A DNA stretch of 64,000 nt from Alkalispirochaeta sp. (GCA_965242725.1 CBDESZ010000006.1:64001-128000), one strand, 5' to 3'. Shown: positions 30,857 to 40,867, counted from the stretch's first letter. The notes: generated by a model from the letters alone, not told the origin. A program made the numbers and translations.

Positions 30857-30955
30857 ACATAACGATGAGTTGAGTTGTTTGGCGTTAATCGGCGCGGTTG
30901 TTGCAGAAGCAAGAACCGTGACGATAGCCAAATCAACTCGAACGTGGTGTTATGT
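30857..30955 (-). other. integron attC site
   Basis: R'' ACATAAC, spacer ACCAC, L'' GTTCGAGT (extra C), stem TTTGGC/GCCAAA, L' ACTCAAC, spacer TCATC, R' GTTATGT. Confidence 0.85.
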
Positions 30956-31028
30956 GACTCAGGTTTTTGAGGTGGACCCCTTCGTCAAGACCACTCAACG
31001 AGGGTCTTAAGCTACTCCATTGCCCCGC

Positions 31029-31856
31029 TCAGGCTGCAGCCTGAGCGCCGCGCCGGTTGTATGCCATATTCGGCGTCTTCCCATCCACGGATGAGTGAGG
31101 GCGCCGTCCGTTGTACATCGTGATGTACTCATCGATTCGTTGCCGGGCTTCTGCCGGTGATTGGTAGTCGTTGAGGTACACCTCGTCGTACTTGATCGTC
31201 CGCCAGAACCGCTCGATGATTACATTGTCGAGAGCGCGGCCCTTGCCATCCATACTGATCTTCACGCCCGCATCTTTAAGGGGCTGCAGAAACGCCGGAG
31301 AGGTGAACTGTACTCCCTGATCGGAGTTGAAGATCTCCGGCGGCCCATACCGTCTGAGAGCCTGCTCGAGCACTTCAATCGCGGACGATTTGTCGAGAGT
31401 CAGGCTTACGTCCCAGCTCAACACCTTCCGGGAGAACCAGTCAATGATCGCCGTCAGGTACACGAACCCGTCTTCCAGCCGAATATAGGTCGTATCGATC
31501 GACCACACCTGGTTGGGACGCTCAATCGACAACCCTCTCAAGAGGTACGGGTATACCTCGTGTTCCGGCGGCAGGCGACGGTGATAGGTGTGCGGAAACA
31601 CCACACGCAGCATCATGAGCCGCATCAGACGCTGTACGCGCTTCCGGTTGACCGTCCAACCCTCCAGACGCAGGGCGTCACGGATCATTCGGCTGCCCCA
31701 CGTGATATGCGCGGTGTGGAGCTCATCGATCCGTTTCATAAGCTGATCGGTGTCCCGATCGACCTTCTGCGGTTGGTAGTACAGCGTTGATCGGTTCAGG
31801 CCCAACAGCATGCACTGCTCACGGACTGACAGTCTTTCGTGATCCGGCTCGATCAT
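31029..31856 (-). CDS. IS3 OrfB (DDE transposase)
   Basis: PNQVWSID, NSDQGVQF, DNVIIERFWRTIK. Confidence 0.92.
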   Translation of the reverse strand: MIEPDHERLSVREQCMLLGLNRSTLYYQPQKVDRDTDQLMKRIDELHTAHITWGSRMIRDALRLEGWTVNRKRVQRLMRLMMLRVVFPHTYHRRLPPEHEVYPYLLRGLSIERPNQVWSIDTTYIRLEDGFVYLTAIIDWFSRKVLSWDVSLTLDKSSAIEVLEQALRRYGPPEIFNSDQGVQFTSPAFLQPLKDAGVKISMDGKGRALDNVIIERFWRTIKYDEVYLNDYQSPAEARQRIDEYITMYNGRRPHSSVDGKTPNMAYNRRGAQAAA

Positions 31857-32161
31857 TTCCCGAAGTTCGGCAGCTGATCGACTCCCAGTTTTTTTTTCAG
31901 GAAATCGATCTGTACTTGCTGGTGACCGACCTTCCGGTATAGCTCATCTCGTTCGGCCTCAGTGGCCTGTTGCTCGTCATCATGCTTGCCGGCAAAGATG
32001 TCCGGCCCATGATCCATCAGCTCTTTCTTCCAGCGATGGACCTGCGTCGGATGAACGCCATATTCCTCGGCGATCTCCGTCACGCTGCGGTCAGCCTTGT
32101 AGGCCTCCATCGCAACCTTGAACTTGGTCGCCTTGTTCCATGTTGTTCGTCGTCGTCCCAT
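31853..32161 (-). CDS. IS3 OrfA (HTH)
   Basis: FKVAMEA, YGVHPTQVHRWKK, DFLKKK. Confidence 0.88.
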   Translation of the reverse strand: MGRRRTTWNKATKFKVAMEAYKADRSVTEIAEEYGVHPTQVHRWKKELMDHGPDIFAGKHDDEQQATEAERDELYRKVGHQQVQIDFLKKKLGVDQLPNFGK

Positions 32162-32259
32162 GGTGCAAAACCTCCGATTCCCATTCCAACGCAATCTTCA
32201 TGCGTTGTCCAGTTTTCGGGGTCCACCATATTTCGTACAAAAGAATCGAAGCAAGAGCG

Positions 32260-32562
32260 CTAATTCGTCTTGGCGAGTACTCGCGGGATCTTTCTCAAGT
32301 CTTCTTTCAGCCGTTCCTTTTCATCGCGAAGATCATACTCATCCTGGATACCCATCCAGAACTCCGCCGAGTTTCCAAAATACGCCGATAATCGAAGCGC
32401 GGTGTCCGCAGTAATACGCCGATTACCTTTTAGGATCTGCGATATTCGAGTCGCCGGCATCCGGGTGTCCTGGGCAAGTCGGTACGCACTGATTCCCATC
32501 GGCTCGAGGAATTCTTCTTTCAATATTTCTCCGGGAGTAACATTGGGAATTTCGTCCATCAC
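32260..32562 (-). CDS. higA: HigA antitoxin
   Basis: TPGEILKEEFLEP, ITADTALRL, AEFWMGIQ. Confidence 0.92.
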   Translation of the reverse strand: MMDEIPNVTPGEILKEEFLEPMGISAYRLAQDTRMPATRISQILKGNRRITADTALRLSAYFGNSAEFWMGIQDEYDLRDEKERLKEDLRKIPRVLAKTN

Positions 32563-32794
32563 ATCCTCCTAGTGGTAATCCACGATTTCGACGTCGTGAG
32601 CCGATCCGTTTTCCCAACGAAAACAGATCCGCCATTGATCATTAATCCGCACGCTATGCTGACCTGATCGACCCCCCGATAATGATTCCAGTCGATTCCC
32701 TGGTGGTATTCGGAGATCATTCAGATCTCGGGACCGATGAATCATGACGAGTTTGCGATAGGCGGTTTTCTGAATCGGTTCGGGGATTTTTTTT

Positions 32795-34127
32795 GGTTCA
32801 TCGCAGATTAGCGGGGAATAGTCAGTAGAAGGAAATAGCAAGATGGCGGCCCACCGGGTACTGTTTGAGTCGACCAAGATCCAAACACCGGAGGACCACC
32901 ATGCAAGCTATTCACCAAGATATCGACCTTCTGGGAAACTGGGAAGGCTACCGCGTTCGCGGTATCAGGGTTCCTGTGAACCAGAATCGAAAGATCCGTG
33001 TTGAACTCCATCCGAAACACGGGTGGTGGGGTGGGTGCAGCCGGTGTGGATGTACCGGCTGCGACTACCACGATCGTACAACTCGGGTAGTCCGAGACCT
33101 CCCGGTATTCGGCCAAGCGGTTGAACTTCGTGTCCTCGTACGACGGGTGATTTGTCCGGTATGTGGCCCCAGCCGTGAATCGATCCCCTGGTTGGATTCG
33201 TATGCACGCGTCACGAGACGGTTGGCCGATACCGTCTGCCGGATGGCAGAGATCATGACGATCAAGGACGTTGCGAAGACGTTTCTGCTTGCCTGGCATA
33301 CGGTGAAGAACATCCACAAACGGTACCTAACGCACCTCCTTGAGCCGGTTGATCTCAACGGGGTCACCCAGCTTCTGATCGATGAGTTTGCTATCCAGAA
33401 AGGGCATCGATACGCGACGGTAGTCGTCGATGCAGTGCGAAAACGGGTACTGTGGGTCGGAAGGGGCCGCTCACGAGCCTCTATTCGTCCGTTTTTTGAG
33501 CTGCTCGGGGACCAGCGACACAACATCAAAGCGGTCGCACTCGATATGAGTAGCGCCTACATCAATGAAATCGCCGAACAGTGTCCACACGCGCAGGTGA
33601 TCTTTGATCACTTTCACGTCATCGCCCGCTACGGTCGCGAGGTCATCGATCGCGTCCGCGTTGATGCCGCCAACCGATATCGACATGACCCGATACAGCG
33701 GAAGCTGGTCAAAGGGTCTCGTTGGCTCCTATTACGAAACCCCAGCAACATCACCCGACCGGAAGACCGGCAACAACTCGACGAGCTGCTTGAAATCAAC
33801 AAGGAACTATCGCTGGTGTACATCATGAAGGAGCACCTCAACCATCTCTGGCGGTTCGAAGATCAGATTACCGCTCGTGCGTGGTGGCATCAGTGGTATC
33901 GCATGGCGATCAACAGCAACATCGACGCGTTAATCAAGTTCGCTCGGAATCTATCCGTTCACGTGGAGGGCTTGTTGGCACACACAAGATACCGGCTGAA
34001 TACCGGTGTCCTCGAAGGTATGAACAACAAGATCAAGGTGATCAAGCGGGTCGCCTTTGGCTTCCGGGATGACGAATACTTCTTTCTTCGCATCCGTCAC
34101 GCATTCCCCGGAGTTCGACGATGAACC
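32795..34127 (+). mobile_element. ISL3-family element
   Basis: IRs GGTTCATCG........CGGGGAAT at both ends, 8-bp T duplication, empty site visible in copy 2. Confidence 0.93.
32901..34124 (+). CDS. ISL3 transposase
   Basis: CxxC zinc finger, IDEFAI.KGH.Y, ALDMS, FDHFH, EGMNNKIKVIKR..FGFR. Confidence 0.93.
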   Translation: MQAIHQDIDLLGNWEGYRVRGIRVPVNQNRKIRVELHPKHGWWGGCSRCGCTGCDYHDRTTRVVRDLPVFGQAVELRVLVRRVICPVCGPSRESIPWLDSYARVTRRLADTVCRMAEIMTIKDVAKTFLLAWHTVKNIHKRYLTHLLEPVDLNGVTQLLIDEFAIQKGHRYATVVVDAVRKRVLWVGRGRSRASIRPFFELLGDQRHNIKAVALDMSSAYINEIAEQCPHAQVIFDHFHVIARYGREVIDRVRVDAANRYRHDPIQRKLVKGSRWLLLRNPSNITRPEDRQQLDELLEINKELSLVYIMKEHLNHLWRFEDQITARAWWHQWYRMAINSNIDALIKFARNLSVHVEGLLAHTRYRLNTGVLEGMNNKIKVIKRVAFGFRDDEYFFLRIRHAFPGVRR

Positions 34128-34220
34128 TTTTTTTTTGAAAACTCTTGCCGCCAGATTCTCGACGTCTCTTTGTCCTTAAATGACTCGATCACCTAGGCTA
34201 ATAATAACGCAATACATCAT

Positions 34221-34244
34221 TGACGTAAAGCGTCATTATGACGC
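34221..34244. promoter_or_regulatory. candidate HigA operator in the cassette promoter
   Basis: Overlapping palindromes TGACG-N5-CGTCA and GCGTCAT-T-ATGACGC. Confidence 0.5.
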
Positions 34245-34307
34245 GAGAGCGTACCTTCGGTTTCTGCGTCAATCGCGTATTGCAATTTGGCTTCGCGTTC
34301 CGGAGTC

Positions 34308-34384
34308 ACATAACGACCGCATCACCTGCGCCCTCGCAGGAGCGAAGCGACGAGAAGGCGTCTGGTGAATGCGCGATGTTATGT
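34308..34384 (-). other. integron attC site, 62 bp upstream of the HUH transposase
   Basis: R'' ACATAAC, CATTCACC/GGTGATG with one extra base, GACGCC/GGCGC with extra A, spacer CGGTC, R' GTTATGT. Confidence 0.85.
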
Positions 34385-34446
34385 TGCGCACGGTGACCAC
34401 GCCCCCTATCTGAAGCAGGAAGCTCGCTACGCCCGTATGTGTTTAT

Positions 34447-35784
34447 GTGAGCACGGCAATCTCTGTCGCGACCGCGGTAAGGAATCAATACGTTCCCCGC
34501 GGCCGCAACGAGCTCCATACTATATTCGAGCGGCACTTCGGCGACTTCTGCGCCCAGTACGATGAGAAGTACGCCGCCACTTACGGCCGGTATCGCCTTG
34601 AGCGCATCCAGCAGATCGGGGAGCGGTTTTGCACCTGTGGCGACTATCTCCAGGGCGTCGCGCGGATACGCTGCACGAATCCCGAATGCGGACACGATTA
34701 CTTCCGACCGTTCTCCTGCAAGGGGTTTTATCTTTGTCCGTCCTGCAGTCGCAAACGAACCATCCTGTTCGCTGAACACCTGACAGACGAGGTCCTGCTC
34801 AAGCTGCCGCATCGGCAGTTCGTTTTCACGATGCCCAAAGCACTCCGGCCGTTCTTTCGCCACGATCGACGCTTGTTCGCCGAGGTGTCTCGCCTAATCT
34901 ACGACATCCTCCGTGATTTTTACCAAGAGGCCGCGGGCAGACCGCTGCTCACCGGCATGGTCATCGCGCACCAGACGTTTGGAGACATGCTCCGCTGGAA
35001 CCCTCATTTCCACGCCATCGTTTTGGAGGGCGGGTTTGATGATGAAGGTACGTTCTTCTACATCCCGTTCTCTGGGCTCCAGTCGATGGTCGAGGTATTC
35101 CGGCGTCGGGTGATCAAGCTGGTGGTGCAACGGGAGCTCCTGAACGATGACTTCGCTCGAAACCTTCTATCCTGGAGACACTCCGGTTTCAGTATCGACA
35201 ACAGCGTACGCATACTCGACGAGTCCTCCCAGGAAAGCCTGGCGGAGTACATAGCACGGCCGCCGATCTCGCTGAAGAAGATCCGCTACGAGCCGTTCAA
35301 AGGGAAGGTCCTATTTCACACCAAGTACTCGGAGTATTTCAAGCAGAACTTCCATCTGTTCGATGCCTTAGACTTTTTGGCCGAGTTAACGCAGCACATC
35401 CCGCCGAAACGTCTACAACTGATTCGGCGTTACGGGCTCTATGCCTCCCGCACAAAGGGACGGTGGGCACAGATGCCATGGGTTGTGGAACGAGCACCGG
35501 ACGGATGGAAGACCGACCATCAATGCGGTGATGTCGCAGATGATCCTGGCTACGAGCCATTGTCGGATGGGGATGAAGAGGTCGATATCAATGCGAGCAA
35601 ACGCGCCTGGGCCCGACTACTCGCGAAGGTCTATGAGGTCGATCCGATGGTCTGCCCAAAGTGCGGTGCGGACATGAAGGTGATCGCCGTCATCGAGGAT
35701 CCCGACGAACTGAAGCGTATCCTCCGACATCTGATCAAGATCGGGCGGTCCCCACCGGGATTCGATCCCGATCGCCTTAACTGA
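34447..35784 (+). CDS. IS91/ISCR-family rolling-circle HUH transposase
   Basis: Cys-rich Zn domain (FSCK...CPSC), PHRQFVFT, NPHFH HUH, single-Tyr EYIARP, IRRYG, C-terminal CPKCG. Confidence 0.92.
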   Translation: MSTAISVATAVRNQYVPRGRNELHTIFERHFGDFCAQYDEKYAATYGRYRLERIQQIGERFCTCGDYLQGVARIRCTNPECGHDYFRPFSCKGFYLCPSCSRKRTILFAEHLTDEVLLKLPHRQFVFTMPKALRPFFRHDRRLFAEVSRLIYDILRDFYQEAAGRPLLTGMVIAHQTFGDMLRWNPHFHAIVLEGGFDDEGTFFYIPFSGLQSMVEVFRRRVIKLVVQRELLNDDFARNLLSWRHSGFSIDNSVRILDESSQESLAEYIARPPISLKKIRYEPFKGKVLFHTKYSEYFKQNFHLFDALDFLAELTQHIPPKRLQLIRRYGLYASRTKGRWAQMPWVVERAPDGWKTDHQCGDVADDPGYEPLSDGDEEVDINASKRAWARLLAKVYEVDPMVCPKCGADMKVIAVIEDPDELKRILRHLIKIGRSPPGFDPDRLN

Positions 35785-36000
35785 CTGCTCTCTCGGCCTC
35801 GCGCCGTGGCATCCGTGTGTCCGTCTTACGCCCCAATCGTTTCCGTAACAGCCCTGATCTGTCCGTTTGGACGTTTGCGTACTCGAGTGGGCGGCAAGTG
35901 CGCCGCCGGCGCACGGCGAACCGCGATTCTCGTCGTGATTTCGTCGAGTCTTGCGCCTACCGCCCGTTTTCCGGTTGCGCTCGCGGATAACTCTTCCTAC

Positions 36001-36068
36001 TACTGGTGCTTCTCGAGTCGGAGGGCATGCGCCTCGAGGATGTCGTCGCCGAGCTCGCCTCGCGCTGA
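36001..36068 (+). pseudogene. 3' remnant of a hisE/hisIE-like gene
   Basis: Reads LVLLESEGMRLEDVVAELASR*, resembling the HisE C-terminus; starts at the TACT junction. Confidence 0.55.
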
Positions 36069-36161
36069 CCGACTGACCGGCCGTCATCGCGGCGGGCCTG
36101 TTGCGGACGACCTTCCGTCGGAACGGGCGACCCGGCGTACGGCGCGCGCCGTCCCCGGTCG

Positions 36162-37523
36162 TTACGGCGTGGCCGTCGGACCGGCAGGTTCGGCGTACTC
36201 CATCGGCCCCTCGTCGGGGTTGTACGAACTTTCGGCGTCCTGAACGGCGCCGGGCGGCAATGGAACGTCCCCCGCCAGGAGGGGGTCTCCGGTCCGACGC
36301 ATCCACGACTCCAGTCGTTCCTCCAGCGCAGCCCGTACCTCCGCGTACCCCGGGTCATCGGCGACGTTCACCCGCTCGAGGGGATCGATGTTGAGGTCGT
36401 AGAGCTGCACCGCGTCCAGGGGAAAATTCCTCACCCCCGCGTCGAAGAGGTGGTGCTTCGACGCGCTGCCGTCGATGTTGACGGGAACGAGGCGGGGCGG
36501 CGTGAGAAATCGCTTGATCAGCTTGTGGTCCCGGGTACGGATGGCGCGCTGTGGCTCGTACCGGGCGTGGTACGTCACTTCCGCGAACAGCTCGTCCCGG
36601 ATCTGATCGCGCTCACCCGTGAGGAGGGGAAGCAGGGAGCGACCCTCGAGGTTCGCCGGCGCGGGGATCCCCGTCAGTTCGCAGATCGTCGGAAAGATGT
36701 CGAGGTGCGAGACGAGGCCGTTGACGACCGATCCGCGGGCGGGGTTGCCGGGATAGTCGAGGATGAGGGCGACGCCGATGCCCGTATCGTAGAGGGTGCA
36801 CTTGTTGTAGGGGTACGCCACCCCGTGGTCCGTCGTGAAGATGATGATCGTCTGCTCCCGGAGCCCCGCGGCGTCCAGGGCGTCCAGCACGATGCGCACG
36901 CAGCGGTCGACGACGCGGGCGGAGGTGACAAAGCCGGCGTAATCCTCCCGCGCTTCGGGGGTGTCGGTGACCTCCCGGGGAGGCAGGAGGCGGTCAGGCT
37001 CGACCCCTTCCTCGACGGGGGGAAACTCCCGGTGCGTGTTGAACATACCGAAGGAGAGGAAGAAGGGGGAGTCGCTTTCACCCGCCTTCGTGAGGTACGC
37101 CGCGGCGCTCCGGGCGTTGGAGAGGTCGTACTCGACGGTGTCGAAGTCGTGGGCGTTGGCCATCGAAATCCCGAAGTCGTCGAGGACCTCGTCGTATCCG
37201 ATCGCGTCGACCGGCTCCGCCTCGTGCTGGATACCCGACAGGGCCGTTCGGTAGCCCGCGGCCGTGCAGTGGCGCACGAGATGCTCCTCGTAGTCGTAGA
37301 GCCGGAACCCCCGGTGAGCGAGGCCGAGCATTCCCGCGCGGTGGGGGCTCGTGCCGGTGAGGAGTCCCGCCCGACTGGGGGAGCACGTCGGGGCGGTGCT
37401 GTACGCCTGGCGGAAGAGGGTTCCCCGCCGGGCCAGCTCGGTGATTGCCGGGGTGCCGACGGCGTACCCGTAGGGGTCGAAGTACCGCCCGCTGTCGTGC
37501 GTGTGAAGGTAAAGAATGTTCAT
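36162..37523 (-). CDS. Cys-type sulfatase
   Basis: MNILYLHTHD, CSPSRAGLLTG, TTDHG, K.TLYD.G. Confidence 0.9.
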   Translation of the reverse strand: MNILYLHTHDSGRYFDPYGYAVGTPAITELARRGTLFRQAYSTAPTCSPSRAGLLTGTSPHRAGMLGLAHRGFRLYDYEEHLVRHCTAAGYRTALSGIQHEAEPVDAIGYDEVLDDFGISMANAHDFDTVEYDLSNARSAAAYLTKAGESDSPFFLSFGMFNTHREFPPVEEGVEPDRLLPPREVTDTPEAREDYAGFVTSARVVDRCVRIVLDALDAAGLREQTIIIFTTDHGVAYPYNKCTLYDTGIGVALILDYPGNPARGSVVNGLVSHLDIFPTICELTGIPAPANLEGRSLLPLLTGERDQIRDELFAEVTYHARYEPQRAIRTRDHKLIKRFLTPPRLVPVNIDGSASKHHLFDAGVRNFPLDAVQLYDLNIDPLERVNVADDPGYAEVRAALEERLESWMRRTGDPLLAGDVPLPPGAVQDAESSYNPDEGPMEYAEPAGPTATP

Positions 37524-37567
37524 CGTGTGTTGACCTTTCATGTGTGGTGTCACCGCGGTGCTCCACA

Positions 37568-38401
37568 TCAACCCTTGATGGCGCCGAGGGTGAGCCCCCG
37601 GACGATGTGGCGCTGCGCGTAGGTAACGAGGACAAACGCCGGCACCGCCGCGAAGAGGGACGCCGCCGCCATCTCTCCATACTCCGTCCGCCACTCCTGG
37701 ACAAATCCGGCGATGCCGATCGGAACGGTCATCCCGTTGGGGGTACTCGTGAGAACGAGGGCGAGGAGAAACTCTTTCCAGGAGAAGAGGAAGACGAGAA
37801 TCATCGCCGCCGAAATGGCGCCCTGGACGACCGGAAGGATCACCGCCCAGAGGGTCTGCAGCTCGGACGCGCCGTCGATCATCGCCGACTCCCGCAGTGC
37901 CGGGGGTACCGCGGCAAACCCGTCCTGGAGGATCCACAGCCCGAGAGGAATATTGAAGAGGGTGTGCGCTACGATTACCGCCGCCGGGGTGTCGTAGATC
38001 CCGACGGATCGGGCAAAGAGATACAGCGGCGCGGCGAAGATGATCGGCGGGAGGAGGTGGACGAGGAGCAGCCACAGGGTGACGACGCTCTTGGCCCCCG
38101 CACGCCAGCGAAACTGGGCGAGACTGTACGCGGCGGGACCGGCGATGAGCAGCACCAGGACCATCGTTCCGCTGGAGGAGATGACGCTGTTGATGGTCAG
38201 GCGCAGAAAGTCGCTGCGAACACCGTCGAAGAGGCGCTGATAGTTGATCAGCGTCGGCTCAAAGACAAAAGAACCGCTCATGATGTCCCGGGTAAACTTG
38301 AGGGACGTCGCTCCCGTGAAGAGCACCGGGACGACGAGGATTATCAGCCACAGTGAAACGATGGCAACGGTAAAGAATCGGGCACGTCGGGTTGAGTTCA
38401 T
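37568..38401 (-). CDS. carbohydrate ABC permease
   Basis: ESAMIDGAS loop, SWKEF. Confidence 0.9.
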   Translation of the reverse strand: MNSTRRARFFTVAIVSLWLIILVVPVLFTGATSLKFTRDIMSGSFVFEPTLINYQRLFDGVRSDFLRLTINSVISSSGTMVLVLLIAGPAAYSLAQFRWRAGAKSVVTLWLLLVHLLPPIIFAAPLYLFARSVGIYDTPAAVIVAHTLFNIPLGLWILQDGFAAVPPALRESAMIDGASELQTLWAVILPVVQGAISAAMILVFLFSWKEFLLALVLTSTPNGMTVPIGIAGFVQEWRTEYGEMAAASLFAAVPAFVLVTYAQRHIVRGLTLGAIKG

Positions 38402-38416
38402 GCTTCCTCCTCTGCC

Positions 38417-39292
38417 CTACTCGCGGTCGAGCCGCGCAAGAACAACGCGATAGACGATGATGATCGACAGGACGATTACCGACAGGAGGATTGTGAGAAA
38501 CGATCCGTAGCCGATGCGGTTCTGCACGAAGTACACCTTGTAGATGTACAGGTTGAGCACCTCCGTCGCCGTTCCCGGGCCACCGTTGGTGAGGAGGTAC
38601 ACCTGATCGAATACCTTGAACGCGAAGATCAATCGCAACATCAGTGCCGTGGCGATCGAAGGGCGAAGGAGTGGCAGAATCACGTGACGACGGATCTGGC
38701 GCGACGAAGCGCCATCGACCTGGGCAACCTCAAAGAGCTCGTGAGGGAGAGATTCGAGACCGGCGTAGACGATCAGAAAAACGAAGCTCGTCCAGTGCCA
38801 GATGTCGACGATGATGATCGTCAGCAGCGCGAGGTTGGGGTCCGCGTTCCACGTCGGACCCTGGACGCCGACGAGAGACAGAATCATGTTGAAGAGACCG
38901 AAGTTGTAGTCGTACATGAGCCGCCACATCGACCCGATGGCGATCGGCGGAATCAGGATCGGGAAGAGCAGGAGCGTCTTCGCGAGGACCGTCGTTTTGC
39001 GGAGGCTGCCGATCATCAGCGCCAGTGCCGTTCCCAGGATACCCTCGACGATGACGACCACCGCAACGTAGATGAAGGTGTTGCGCAGGGCGATTCCGAC
39101 GACCGGGTCGGCGATCGCGGTACGCGCGTGCTTGAGACCGACAAAGGTCCGGGTGACCTGCGATCCCGAGAATGAGACTTCGGAGACACCCATCTGGACG
39201 AGCTGGATGATGGCGTAGGTCGAGAAGACCATGAGGAAAAGAAAAAGCGGCACCATGGCCCGATACTTGAACGGCATCGATATCTGCTGCAT
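38417..39292 (-). CDS. carbohydrate ABC permease
   Basis: EVAQVDGAS, LTNGGPG. Confidence 0.9.
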   Translation of the reverse strand: MQQISMPFKYRAMVPLFLFLMVFSTYAIIQLVQMGVSEVSFSGSQVTRTFVGLKHARTAIADPVVGIALRNTFIYVAVVVIVEGILGTALALMIGSLRKTTVLAKTLLLFPILIPPIAIGSMWRLMYDYNFGLFNMILSLVGVQGPTWNADPNLALLTIIIVDIWHWTSFVFLIVYAGLESLPHELFEVAQVDGASSRQIRRHVILPLLRPSIATALMLRLIFAFKVFDQVYLLTNGGPGTATEVLNLYIYKVYFVQNRIGYGSFLTILLSVIVLSIIIVYRVVLARLDRE

Positions 39293-39392
39293 GGACGGTC
39301 CTTTGTTTCGTCGAAGATTTCGTCGAAATGGCGCGGAAGAGGGCCTGTGCTCTCTTCCGCGCCGGGATGGGTCAGTTCTCGGAGCGGAGAGT

Positions 39393-40721
39393 CTACTCGA
39401 CGATCACCGCATTGTAACCGGCACCGTCGAGGACGGCGAAGATCTCTTCGGCGGCGTTCTGCATCGCTTCTGCCGGTGACTCCTGGCCGATCACGGCGTA
39501 GCCGATCTGCCGCTTGATGATGTCGTTGATCTGGGCACTCTCGGGGATCCGCAGCTGGGGCGAGATGTACGGGGTGGATGCGGCAAACCCTTCCATCCAC
39601 CATCCGATTTCGGGGTCACTCGAGAGGGTGTCGTAGGTGTCCTGTCGCACCGGGATCGCTCCCGCCTGGGTGTACGCGATCTGGTTTTCCGCCGTGAGGA
39701 GATAGTCAAGAAAGTCCACGGCGGCCTGTTTGCGGTCGTCCGGAATATTGTGGGGCACTCCCATCGTCCAGATGCCGGTCATCGTGGTGCGGGAGTCCGC
39801 CGTCCGGCCCGGGACGGGCACGGCGCGGATCTGGCCGGCGACGATCGACTCTTCCTCATTGTCAAAGGCGGGGGCTGCCGCGCCAACGACGATCGCCTGG
39901 GCGAGACGTCCGCTCTGCAAGAGTCCCATGAGCTGGGCCTGACCGATGTCGGCGAAGTTCGCCGGTCCGTACTCGGCGGTCATGTCGAGCAGGTACTCGA
40001 GGGCTTCGATCGACTCGGAGCTTCCGATCAGTACTTCCCAGACGCCGCTGTCGGCGTTGTAGATCACGTAGCCACCACCGAAGCTCTCGAAGACGGCGTT
40101 GGTTTCCCACTCCGGCGGGTTGGTGCGCCAGGCAAATCCGAGAACGTCATCACTGCTCACCGCTTCGGCGATCGCACGGACCTCGTCCCAGGTGGTGGGC
40201 GGATCGAGTCCCGCCTCTTCGAGGAGATCGGCGCGGTAGAAGAAGAGCTGGATGTTTCCATTGACCGGAACGGCGTACATCGTGCCGTCCGGAGAGGCCA
40301 CGCCCGTCTCGGGGTCCCAGAACGCGGCGTTACCATAGTCGATGACGTTCTCGTCCAGGGTGAAGGATGGTCTGATCTCGGTGATCGGCGTCAGCCAGTC
40401 GTTGGCGTAAAACTCGAGCATCCACTGCTCGTTGAGGTTGATCAGGTCAAACTCGCTCTCACCCGCGGTAACGGCGTTGCGCGACTTCGGAAGCATCGCC
40501 GGAAAGGGGTTGACGTCGAGACGCACCGGATTGCCCGTCTCCTCGATGTACTTCTCGACGATCGCCTCGAAGCCGGGCAACCACGGGGACGTGTTGATCA
40601 GAATCGAGATCTCCGGATTGGTCCCCTCCGGGGCATCTCCTTCCGGTTGGCCGCCGGCCATCGCGAGACCCGTTATCAGGGTCAGGGCAACCAGGGTGGC
40701 AAAAAAGCAACGTATACGCAT
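39393..40721 (-). CDS. carbohydrate ABC substrate-binding protein
   Basis: Signal ending MAGGQPE, FYRADLLEEAG, PTTWDE. Confidence 0.88.
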   Translation of the reverse strand: MRIRCFFATLVALTLITGLAMAGGQPEGDAPEGTNPEISILINTSPWLPGFEAIVEKYIEETGNPVRLDVNPFPAMLPKSRNAVTAGESEFDLINLNEQWMLEFYANDWLTPITEIRPSFTLDENVIDYGNAAFWDPETGVASPDGTMYAVPVNGNIQLFFYRADLLEEAGLDPPTTWDEVRAIAEAVSSDDVLGFAWRTNPPEWETNAVFESFGGGYVIYNADSGVWEVLIGSSESIEALEYLLDMTAEYGPANFADIGQAQLMGLLQSGRLAQAIVVGAAAPAFDNEEESIVAGQIRAVPVPGRTADSRTTMTGIWTMGVPHNIPDDRKQAAVDFLDYLLTAENQIAYTQAGAIPVRQDTYDTLSSDPEIGWWMEGFAASTPYISPQLRIPESAQINDIIKRQIGYAVIGQESPAEAMQNAAEEIFAVLDGAGYNAVIVE

Positions 40722-40867
40722 TACCGTATCCTCCTTGTAGATCGTGGCCGATAAATTCGGTCGTCTTCAGTGTCGAACGAGAATCCGGTTATGTCAACCT
40801 GTTTCTTTACCGGTTGCTATACGTGTATCGAAACCGTTGACAGCAGAGATTGCGCCTCGTACAGTAG

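Larger units (their letters stand above)
30968..32230 (-). mobile_element. IS3-family element
   Basis: IRs TGAGGTGGACCCC / TATGGTGGACCCC, TTT duplication, orfA+orfB with A9 slippery tract at 31889-31897. Confidence 0.92.
32569..34192 (-). pseudogene. higB: HigB toxin interrupted by ISL3
   Basis: 5' part (V/M)IESFKDKETSRIW at 34192-34128; 3' part LRIPPGNRLE...SVRINDQWRICF...IVDYH. Confidence 0.88.
30523..36000 (+). mobile_element. IS91/ISCR-like rolling-circle element with cassette cargo, copy 1 (extends further left through araC)
   Basis: Matches 52307-56443 apart from the ISL3 insertion; ends ...CTCTTCCTAC followed by TACT. Confidence 0.85.

Noticed and set aside
30660..30860. 66-aa ORF as a cassette gene
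   Set aside because: It starts within the attC core and crosses the next core site; no protein-like features.
36162..38075. 637-aa ORF as listed, likewise the long starts at 6812, 13464, 17008, 28301, 29470, 46019 and 57416
   Set aside because: The N-terminal extensions overlap neighbouring genes; starts were trimmed to family- or RBS-supported codons.
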